Virus record (IMG/VR): IMGVR_UViG_3300045988_168513
Length of the DNA stretch: 32,956 bases
Direction: 5' to 3' (one strand)
DNA from: a virus
The notes under the pieces were generated by a model that saw nothing but the letters and a program-made list of their open reading frames with translations, did no database searches and was not told the origin of the DNA. This document shows, one piece after another, positions 1 through 6,195 of this stretch. Both the position numbers and the translations under genes were made by a program. Every line of letters begins with the position of its first letter. The first letter of the stretch is position 1.

Positions 1-55
1 TAGTTTTTTATATAATTCTGTATTCGTTTCCATGTCGTTCATGTTACATTAAAGC
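1..55. repeat. Terminal 55-bp sequence identical to 32902..32956 (circular-closure overlap or terminal redundancy)
   Basis: Bases 1-55 (tagttttttatataattctg...catgttacattaaagc) recur exactly at 32902-32956. Minus-strand genes are contiguous across the junction: the erf ATG lies 1 nt after the stop of ORF 44..1246. Confidence 0.9.
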
Positions 56-1246
56 TCCACTCTCATGTATGTGCTTAATCATGTCTATGTACATCCAGTA
101 CTCCTCGATTTCTTTGTCCGAGTAATTATTTGAACGCCCTATATTTTCATAGTTAGACAGCCATTCGAAAATCGTATATTGCTTACAGCCGATTTGTATA
201 GCGTCGCAACCCCAATAAGTAATCGTATGACGGGAAGCGTGTATGCAAAGAGTATGTTTAACTTTGCAGCCGTTGCCCAGCTTGCAGCTGTCGCCCAGCT
301 TGCAGCCGTAGCCCAGCTCGCAGTCGTTGCCCAGCTTGCAGCCGTCGCCCAACTCGCAATCGTAGCCCAGCTTGCAATCGTAGCCCAGCCAGCAGCCGTA
401 GCCCAGCTTGCAGCCGTTGCCCAGCTTGCAGCTGTTGCCCAGCTTGCAGCCGTCGTCCAACTCGCAGCCGTAGCCCAGCTTGCAGCCGTCGCCCAGCTCG
501 CAGTCGTTGCCCAGCTTGCAGCCGTCGTCCAACTCGCAGCCGTCGCCCAGCTTGCAGCCGTCGCCCAGCTCGCAGTCGTCGCCCAACTCGCAATCGTAGC
601 CCAGCTTGCAGCCGTCGCCCAGCTTGCAGCTGTCGCCCAACTCGCAGCCGTCGCCCAGCCAGCAGCCGTAGCCCAGCTTGCAGCTGTCGCCCAGCTTGCA
701 ATCGTAGCCCAGCCAGCAATCGTAGCCCAGCTTGCAGCTGTCGCCCAGCTTGCAGCCGTCGCCCAGCTTGCAGCTGTCGCCCAACTCGCAGCCGTCGCCC
801 AGCCAGCAGCCGTAGCCCAGCTTGCAGCTGTCGCCCAGCTTGCAGCTGTCGCCCAGCTTGCAATCGTAGCCCAGCTTGCAATCGTAGCCCAGCTTGCAGC
901 CGTCGCCCAGCTTGCAGCCGTTGCCCAGCTTGCAGCTGTCGCCCAACTCGCAGCCGTAGCCCAGCTCGCAGTCGTTGCCCAGCTTGCAGCCGTCGTCCAA
1001 CTCGCAGCCGTAGCCCAGCTTGCAGCCGTCGCCCAGCTCGCAGTCGTAGCCCAGCCAGCAGCCGTAGCCCAGCTTGCAGCCGTCGCCCAGCTCGCAGTCG
1101 TTGCCCAGCTTGCAGCCGTCGCCCAGCTCGCAGTCGTTGCCTATCCGAATGTTGCGTATTGAAAATTCATGTGCTAAATCGGACAGAACATCGTATTCAA
1201 ACAACACCCATCCCTTGTCGGAATCATACAGATATAGCGTTTTCAT
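44..1246 (-). CDS. Cys-hexapeptide repeat protein, (C-x-L-G-x-x)x48, predicted left-handed beta-helix, with a Cys/His C-terminal domain shared with 30137..30751
   Basis: 400-aa ORF. Residues 39-326 are 48 consecutive hexapeptides C-[KEW]-L-[GD]-[DYN]-[GDS], fitting the hexapeptide-repeat consensus [LIV]-G-x-x-[small]-x with Cys in the small-residue slot. The N-terminus (38 aa) and C-terminus (74 aa, ..SRHTITYWGCDAIQIGCKQYTIFEW..) are unique. Confidence 0.8.
   Translation of the reverse strand: MKTLYLYDSDKGWVLFEYDVLSDLAHEFSIRNIRIGNDCELGDGCKLGNDCELGDGCKLGYGCWLGYDCELGDGCKLGYGCELDDGCKLGNDCELGYGCELGDSCKLGNGCKLGDGCKLGYDCKLGYDCKLGDSCKLGDSCKLGYGCWLGDGCELGDSCKLGDGCKLGDSCKLGYDCWLGYDCKLGDSCKLGYGCWLGDGCELGDSCKLGDGCKLGYDCELGDDCELGDGCKLGDGCELDDGCKLGNDCELGDGCKLGYGCELDDGCKLGNSCKLGNGCKLGYGCWLGYDCKLGYDCELGDGCKLGNDCELGYGCKLGDSCKLGNGCKVKHTLCIHASRHTITYWGCDAIQIGCKQYTIFEWLSNYENIGRSNNYSDKEIEEYWMYIDMIKHIHESGALM
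269..1144. repeat. 18-bp tandem repeat array (about 48 units, coding)
   Basis: The plus strand reads gcagccgtcgcccagctt and close variants (gcagctgtcgcccagctt, gcaatcgtagcccagcca, gcagccgtcgtccaactc, and others) head to tail. Variation is confined to a few positions. Blocks of units are duplicated internally (units 18-22 versus 26-30). Confidence 0.95.
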
Positions 1247-1248
1247 AA

Positions 1249-1587
1249 CTACTTAAAATATTTACGCAATTTATTGATGTTGAAATCATTGATTATTTCA
1301 TACCCTTCTTCAGCGTATGTGTGTACTTCGAGCCAGCACTGCCCAAGACTGTCGAACTCGCGGGAAAACTCTCCACCGGAAGTATTGCGGGTGTAGTGTA
1401 TCAAACCATAACCCGCAACAGACACAAACTGGTAACCATCGGCAGCGGAATCCGTTTCAAAACACACATCGGCTATCCTAAACTCGTCCGCCTCCGAATG
1501 CCAGCCCCGAATGTACGGCAGGGCATTATCTTCAATGTATTCAGCTATCTGCCGATAAATATCTTCCTCAATGTGCAGCGCTTCCAT
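1249..1587 (-). CDS. hypothetical protein (112 aa)
   Basis: ORF tightly packed between the methyltransferase and the repeat-protein gene on the same strand. No recognisable motif. Confidence 0.6.
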   Translation of the reverse strand: MEALHIEEDIYRQIAEYIEDNALPYIRGWHSEADEFRIADVCFETDSAADGYQFVSVAGYGLIHYTRNTSGGEFSREFDSLGQCWLEVHTYAEEGYEIINDFNINKLRKYFK

Positions 1588-1601
1588 AGCTTTCGTATAA
1601 C

Positions 1602-2465
1602 CTATTCCAATTCGGCGATAATTCGTTTTTCACGCTCGGATAATTCCCAGACGATGACCGTCGCTTGCTTCGCCGCCTGCTTCGCCGCCTGCTTCGCCGC
1701 CTGTTCGTAAGCCTCGATTTTTCGCGCCGTGGCCTTATCCGAAAGGAGATATCCGCCTCCATAAACACCTCCCCCTTTCTGGTTATCGAGTTTGCGGACC
1801 CTTCGACATTCTGACGCCCGCACCTCGAATTTGACGTAAGGGGCTATCTTGCCCAACAATGCGGCGGATACCACATTGTCCGGGTAAATGTATTTTGGCA
1901 AATCCATAAGTCGTCGCTTCGTTTTTGCGGCATTTTTGATGCGGGCGAGCAGGTCGGGCGCGGTCATTATACGGATGTCGCCGAAAAGGTTGCTGGCGAA
2001 CGACGTAGCGACGCATGCCCCGTTTTCGTATGTCACCCGAGCGGCGCATACTATGCCCGTCCAATTCATGTCGACCGGACAGAGCAACGTTAGATGCGGC
2101 GCGAACAGAAAAAAGGATATGTCGCGAGACTGAAAAAAGCGGCACACCTGCGTAAATATCGAAAAGGGAGGATTATCGACCACCACGCAGCCGTCCGGAT
2201 AATCGTAGTGTTCGTAATCGCCGCCAGGCCAGAAGGGCCGCACGATTTCCCGCCCTTCTATGTCAACATTTTCCCGGAGCCATCCAAGGACAGCATCGTA
2301 AACCGGAGGTGGCGTGTAGCAGTCATCCGTCGTTTTTCGGGGCTTGAATTTCGCCACAAAACCGTCATAGTCCTCGTGTATCTCCCGTCTCGATTTACGG
2401 GTCGCCGTATCCCGCCGTGGTTCATCGGCGAAGAGAGAACCTTGTATATTCACGTCGTTAATCAT
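1602..2465 (-). CDS. putative N6-adenine (amino) DNA methyltransferase, phage Dam-like, orphan
   Basis: 287 aa with VVDNPPFS (motif IV, [DN]PP[YF]) preceded by DDCYTPPPVYD. There is no neighbouring endonuclease gene. C-terminal (AAKQ)3 tract. Confidence 0.6.
   Translation of the reverse strand: MINDVNIQGSLFADEPRRDTATRKSRREIHEDYDGFVAKFKPRKTTDDCYTPPPVYDAVLGWLRENVDIEGREIVRPFWPGGDYEHYDYPDGCVVVDNPPFSIFTQVCRFFQSRDISFFLFAPHLTLLCPVDMNWTGIVCAARVTYENGACVATSFASNLFGDIRIMTAPDLLARIKNAAKTKRRLMDLPKYIYPDNVVSAALLGKIAPYVKFEVRASECRRVRKLDNQKGGGVYGGGYLLSDKATARKIEAYEQAAKQAAKQAAKQATVIVWELSEREKRIIAELE
1667..1702. repeat. 12-bp tandem repeat x3 (gcttcgccgcct)
   Basis: Three perfect copies at 1667-1678, 1679-1690 and 1691-1702, encoding AAKQAAKQAAKQ near the methyltransferase C-terminus. 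Confidence 0.9.
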
Positions 2466-2526
2466 TTTTTATTCGCACAATCCGTAAAAGCTCATGCAAC
2501 TCGTCGCCGTGTCGTCGTCGAACAGA

Positions 2527-2559
2527 CTGCATTTCCAGCCGGTAACGAAGACGCGGACG
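2527..2559. repeat. 33-bp direct repeat, left copy (ctgcatttccagccggtaacgaagacgcggacg)
   Basis: Identical in sequence and orientation to 3413..3445. Abuts the recombinase stop codon at 2561-2563. Confidence 0.95.
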
Positions 2560-2560
2560 G

Positions 2561-3211
2561 TTAATAGATACCGCGCTCCCATCTACCATTCCTTGATTTT
2601 GTTGGTGTTCTTAGCCCAGTGTATGCTAAATAGCGATATAGGGTTCCTCTTGCAATTCTCAATTTCTTAGCTATTTGTGGTACACTTATTCCTTTTTCCA
2701 TTTGACTCTCTATGTATTTGTGCTTAGCCACACATTTTGCGTTCAACTGTTTATTGCGTTGACCTTGACCTCTACCGACTGGATGTCCTTCCTTTTTTAA
2801 TCGAGCAAGGGCTTCTTTTGTTCGTTGAGAAATCAGATTACGTTCTATCTCTGCTGACAATCCAAAAGCAAAGGCAAGAACTTTACTTTGAATATCATCG
2901 CCAAGACGGTAATTATCTTTAATAGTCCAAACGCGACTCTCTTTGGTCATGCAAATGTTGAGTATTTCCATTATCATAAAAAGATTACGACCAAGCCGAG
3001 ACAGCTCCGTACAAATTATCAAATCGTCTTTGACAATTCGATTCAAAAGTTTACCAAGTGCTCGTTTGTTATAATTTTTAGTACCAGAGATAGTTTCTTC
3101 AATCCATCCATCTATAGTTAGACCTTCTTTTTTACAGAAACGCTCTATCTCGAAGCGTTGATTTTCCACCGTCTGTTTGTCTGTGGAAACACGGATATAG
3201 CCATATACCAT
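2561..3211 (-). CDS. small serine recombinase (resolvase/invertase family)
   Basis: 216 aa. N-terminal catalytic domain with YGYIRVSTDKQ (Ser nucleophile), ELSRLGRN and AEIERNLISQRTKEAL. C-terminal HTH ISVPQIAKKLRIARGTLYRYL. Confidence 0.9.
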   Translation of the reverse strand: MVYGYIRVSTDKQTVENQRFEIERFCKKEGLTIDGWIEETISGTKNYNKRALGKLLNRIVKDDLIICTELSRLGRNLFMIMEILNICMTKESRVWTIKDNYRLGDDIQSKVLAFAFGLSAEIERNLISQRTKEALARLKKEGHPVGRGQGQRNKQLNAKCVAKHKYIESQMEKGISVPQIAKKLRIARGTLYRYLAYTGLRTPTKSRNGRWERGIY

Positions 3212-3260
3212 TTTTAGATATATACCTCTTTTGTTTTGAAAAACAAAGGTTTTAGAGGCA

Positions 3261-3365
3261 TTATTTGTCGAACGCGAGAATCCTCGCCGGACGGCCGGCG
3301 CGCGTCATCACGGGGGCCCCGGCCTTGGCGGCCTCTAAATCGAAAGGTTTGAATTTATATTCCAT
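3261..3365 (-). pseudogene. 34-codon GC-rich ORF (MEYKFKPFDLEAAKAGAPVMTRAGRPARILAFDK), probable 5' remnant of a phage gene carried inside the cassette
   Basis: A GC-rich island inside otherwise AT-rich cassette DNA. The reading frame stops abruptly at TAA just upstream of the recombinase promoter region. Confidence 0.3.
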
Positions 3366-3412
3366 ATCTATTTCTTTATTAGATAAATAATCCTGTTCAT
3401 AATCCACCGAGC

Positions 3413-3445
3413 CTGCATTTCCAGCCGGTAACGAAGACGCGGACG
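3413..3445. repeat. 33-bp direct repeat, right copy
   Basis: Identical to 2527..2559. Confidence 0.95.
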
Positions 3446-3493
3446 TCTCTCCAATACGGTAATCCCTTCCATATTAATTTCATTTTAAACCTG

Positions 3494-3573
3494 CGGAACC
3501 GCGGGGATTCGAACCCCGACCTCACCCCAAAAATCTACCGAAAAAGGTGCGTGCCCATTTACACTTCGGTTCC
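3494..3573 (-). tRNA. tRNA-like gene with a canonical acceptor, D-arm and T-arm but a 17-nt anticodon loop (isotype not assignable)
   Basis: Minus-strand fold: a 7-bp Watson-Crick acceptor stem (GGAACCG/CGGTTCC), AA, D-arm GTGT-AAATGG-GCAC, G, stem CACCT/GGGTG enclosing TTTTCGGTAGATTTTTG, variable AGGT, T-arm CGGGG-TTCGAAT-CCCCG, discriminator G. No CCA is encoded. Confidence 0.45.
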
Positions 3574-3644
3574 ATTTCACCGCGGGCCTCGCGGATGACG
3601 GTGAAAAAATAATAACCTTCTTTTCTGACTATGGAACAAACGGT

Positions 3645-3977
3645 TTATCGTTCATTTCTCCAGTATCTTTTAAGTTCCTTGCCTGTAAAAACCTTCCTGC
3701 CTTTGGCATTGAAACTACACCTTATCCGCCCCGCCCTTAAATGAGTGCGTAATGTATGCGGACATATCCCGAGCACCTTCGCCGCCGCCGTTATGGGATA
3801 CCGTGCGCTGTCCGATATACTGGGGTCCTCGAATACCATAACCTTATCGTTTAAGACATTCTCGTAACAACAACTATCCGTTGTCCGAGCCCCGACGTGT
3901 GTTTGCTCGTTGTATATCTCCGGTCTAAATTTTGCGAAACCAGATAACATGAACTTTTTATCGTGGTGTACTTGCAT
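3645..3977 (-). CDS. helix-turn-helix DNA-binding protein (MerR/excisionase-type HTH), possibly the C-terminal part of a longer frameshifted product
   Basis: 110-aa ORF with ..YPITAAAKVLGICPHTLRTHLRAGRI... Its 5' end overlaps ORF 3851..4072 in the -1 frame. Confidence 0.6.
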   Translation of the reverse strand: MQVHHDKKFMLSGFAKFRPEIYNEQTHVGARTTDSCCYENVLNDKVMVFEDPSISDSARYPITAAAKVLGICPHTLRTHLRAGRIRCSFNAKGRKVFTGKELKRYWRNER

Positions 3978-4072
3978 TCGGAAAGGTTGAAAGCAACAGC
4001 CTCCCCCACTTCAAGCGCCCGTATCTGCCCCATCACATTGCCGCGAGTTATGTGTTCTTTGCTCATTCCCAT
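3851..4072 (-). CDS. first ORF of the leftward arm (N-terminal 39 codons look genuine)
   Basis: ATG at 4072 lies 40 nt downstream of a TAnnTTTG box. The sequence after ..ECKYTTIK looks non-protein-like, while the -1 frame continues as a plausible protein. Confidence 0.4.
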   Translation of the reverse strand: MGMSKEHITRGNVMGQIRALEVGEAVAFNLSECKYTTIKSSCYLVSQNLDRRYTTSKHTSGLGQRIVVVTRMS

Positions 4073-4111
4073 ATATTTATCATATTTGTATATCTCCCTT
4101 GATTACAGGAA

Positions 4112-4119
4112 CAAAGATA
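4112..4119 (-). promoter_or_regulatory. candidate Bacteroidota-type -7 promoter box (TATCTTTG) for the leftward arm
   Basis: Matches TAnnTTTG on the minus strand, 40 nt upstream of the ATG at 4072, in the AT-rich divergent intergenic region. Confidence 0.3.
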
Positions 4120-4207
4120 AAGCGTTGCTTTGAATTTTGCAAACAATTTTTCAAAAAAAAGATGCCTGCTACTGCTTTTTTTCGCTCATAATTATTGTTT
4201 TTATTTG

Positions 4208-4215
4208 TATTTTTG
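4208..4215 (+). promoter_or_regulatory. candidate Bacteroidota-type -7 promoter box (TATTTTTG) for the rightward arm
   Basis: Matches TAnnTTTG, 27 nt upstream of the terS ATG at 4243. Confidence 0.3.
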
Positions 4216-4242
4216 TAGTAAATAATAAGATAAAATAAAACA

Positions 4243-4692
4243 ATGGGAAAGTATTCTCAGGAGAAAATAGAAGAATGTGCCGCATGGGTACGCAAAAACG
4301 GGCTGATTGAATACGGAGGCGGCACGGTCGTCGCTTTATGTAAGGCATGCGATATCCATTTCTCGACCTATTACGACTGGCTCGAACGGCCCGAATTCCA
4401 CGAGGCTATAAAAAAAGCGAAAGAGGAATATCGCGAGGGGCTGGAAAAACGGATAGTGCATTCTCTTGCCACAGCCGCTGAGGGTTTTGAATGGACGCAA
4501 ATTGTTACACAAAAGACGGGAAACGGAGTGGTGAAACAAATAACCGAGAAGACGATGCGCGAAGCCCCCAATGTTGCTGCCTGTATTTTCCTTCTGACAA
4601 ATCTTGACCCGGAAAAATGGAAGAACAAGCAATCGAGCGAATTGGCCGGCCGCGTAGACGTTAATCAGATAACAGGTATGAAAGTAATATGA
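4243..4692 (+). CDS. terS: terminase small subunit (putative)
   Basis: 149 aa, the first gene of the late arm and directly upstream of terL. N-terminal HTH-like segment and a ..LLTNLDPEKWKNKQ.. segment typical of small terminases (pattern recognition only). Confidence 0.6.
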   Translation: MGKYSQEKIEECAAWVRKNGLIEYGGGTVVALCKACDIHFSTYYDWLERPEFHEAIKKAKEEYREGLEKRIVHSLATAAEGFEWTQIVTQKTGNGVVKQITEKTMREAPNVAACIFLLTNLDPEKWKNKQSSELAGRVDVNQITGMKVI

Positions 4693-4865
4693 TGACAGTC
4701 GTTTGGATAATATTACCGTTCGCCGTAATCGGTCTGGGAGCCATATGCGGCGCTGTCGCGCCGATAATATATCGCCGTATCGTCGGTGGATGGGAGGCTC
4801 ACTTATTCAAGCGCTGGAAGCGTCTTGAAGCGAGATACAGACGGAAATATGGAACTGACGTTTGA
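4692..4865 (+). CDS. small membrane protein, 57 aa (below the ORF-track cutoff)
   Basis: MTVVWIILPFAVIGLGAICGAVAPIIYRRIVGGWEAHLFKRWKRLEARYRRKYGTDV: one hydrophobic helix followed by a basic tail. Its ATG overlaps the terS stop (ATGA) and its 3' end overlaps the terL ATG at 4849. Confidence 0.3.
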   Translation: MTVVWIILPFAVIGLGAICGAVAPIIYRRIVGGWEAHLFKRWKRLEARYRRKYGTDV

Positions 4866-6195
4866 CACGCGCGGAAATGACAAGCAGAAAGAATGCGCTC
4901 GGCTGTGGTGCGACAACTCCGTAACAGAAATACTTTACGGAGGCGCCAAAATGGGCGGCAAATCTTTTCTCGGATGTTCTTTGATTTTTGGAGATGCGCT
5001 CACGTATCCTGAAACGTACTATTTTATTGCGCGGCAAAATCTCACCGACCTCGTGCGTTTTACAGTTCCGTCTATTCATGAAGTTCTGAATGCATGGGGG
5101 GTTGATTCTTCGCAGTATGTGACGTACAACGGGGCATATCACTATTTCGAGCTGTATAATGGTTCTCGCGTGTATTTGATTGAAGCGAGTTATAGGCCTT
5201 CCGACCCGCTGTACATGCGGTTCGGCTCGATGCAGATGACGCGCGGATGGATTGAAGAGGCTGGAGAATTTTGCAGGGCGGCTAAATCCAACCTTATGGC
5301 TACTTTGGGACGCAAAAATAACGAACGCTACGACCTGTCAATAAAATTGTTACAAACATGTAATCCGTCGAATAACTATTTGTACAACGATTATTACAAG
5401 CCCTACCGCGACGGGACATTACCGTCGCACATCCGTTTCATCCAAGCGTTTATTTCAGACAATAAGACGGCTACGCAGGAATACATCGAAAATCTGCGAC
5501 AAGCTCTCACCCCCGCAGAACGAGAGCGTCTGCTGTACGGACGTTGGGAGTTTGATACAGACACGAGATTACTGGTGGATTATGACGCCGTATGCGACGC
5601 ATTTACAAACGATTTCGTGAACGAGGGTGACCCATATATATCGGCAGACTTGGCCGGAGGCGGACGCGATACGTGCGTAATAGCTCTGTGGCATGGCGAC
5701 GTCTGCCGCTTTCCGTTCGTGAAAAATAAGACGGGCGGGAAAGATATTGAAACAGCGATACAGAGAATTGCGACAGAAAATAACGTGCCCAGGTCGCACA
5801 TAGTGGCTGACGCGGACGGTCTGGGATTTTTTCTTGAGAGCTATATGCGCGGCATAAAGGAGTTTCGCGGTGGTTCAAAAGCAATACATGACACATACGC
5901 TTCGCTCAAGGCCGAATGTGCATATAGATTGGCCGAAAAAATAAATAAACGTCAGATACGCATAGATTGCCCGCCCGAGTATGCCGAACGCATACGCACG
6001 GAGCTTATGCAGCTGAAAGCGGCTGACGTGAACACCGACAATAAGCGCGCTCTCATAAAAAAAGAGGAAATGAAACAGGCATTGGGGCATTCGCCGGATT
6101 TTTTAGACACATTAATTATGCGGCAGTTTTTCGACATACACGACAAAGCGGAGGGGGCTCGTTTCTCGCCGCTGCAAATACCTAAAAAAAGATGA
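4849..6195 (+). CDS. terL: terminase large subunit
   Basis: P-loop GGAKMGGKS and acidic WIEEAGE motif, with size and position typical of TerL. The track ORF opens at GTG 4786; the first ATG is 4849. Confidence 0.85.
   Translation: MELTFDTRGNDKQKECARLWCDNSVTEILYGGAKMGGKSFLGCSLIFGDALTYPETYYFIARQNLTDLVRFTVPSIHEVLNAWGVDSSQYVTYNGAYHYFELYNGSRVYLIEASYRPSDPLYMRFGSMQMTRGWIEEAGEFCRAAKSNLMATLGRKNNERYDLSIKLLQTCNPSNNYLYNDYYKPYRDGTLPSHIRFIQAFISDNKTATQEYIENLRQALTPAERERLLYGRWEFDTDTRLLVDYDAVCDAFTNDFVNEGDPYISADLAGGGRDTCVIALWHGDVCRFPFVKNKTGGKDIETAIQRIATENNVPRSHIVADADGLGFFLESYMRGIKEFRGGSKAIHDTYASLKAECAYRLAEKINKRQIRIDCPPEYAERIRTELMQLKAADVNTDNKRALIKKEEMKQALGHSPDFLDTLIMRQFFDIHDKAEGARFSPLQIPKKR

Larger units (their letters stand above)
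2527..3445 (-). mobile_element. Low-GC serine-recombinase cassette bounded by perfect 33-bp direct repeats
   Basis: The direct repeats at 2527-2559 and 3413-3445 flank an AT-rich recombinase gene, its upstream region, and a short GC-rich ORF remnant. The composition differs from the roughly 50-55% GC flanks. The repeat lies inside a small ORF that excision would rebuild. Confidence 0.55.

Noticed and set aside
269-1144. A diversity-generating retroelement or other templated hypervariation behind the limited-position repeat variation
   Set aside because: The genome has no reverse transcriptase gene and no template/variable repeat pair with adenine-specific differences. Slippage or unequal recombination is sufficient to explain the variation.
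179-1162. A CRISPR-like regular repeat array
   Set aside because: The units are contiguous 18-mers with no spacers, lie inside a 400-aa ORF with unique termini, and translate to a regular hexapeptide. This is a coding tandem repeat, not a CRISPR array.
179-1256. Track ORFs 179..1162(+), 258..881(-) and 1074..1256(+), and likewise 30167..30950(+), 30265..30636(+), 30351..30602(-), 30487..30675(-), 30806..31165(+) and 30954..31184(+)
   Set aside because: They are alternative-frame or antisense readings of stop-free tandem repeats (AVAQL.., RLQAG.., PVHCRT..). They have no unique termini and no start context, so they are artefacts of repeat periodicity.
3251-3339. A 9-bp inverted repeat, tttagaggc / gcctctaaa, spanning the GC-rich stub
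   Set aside because: The 71-nt spacer and short arms argue against function, and one arm lies inside the stub ORF. It is probably fortuitous.
3494-3573. The tRNA-like elements acting as attP sites of a temperate phage
   Set aside because: There is no tyrosine or large serine integrase and no recognisable repressor module. The only recombinase is a 216-aa resolvase/invertase type sitting within its own direct repeats. The lifestyle cannot be assigned from the sequence alone.
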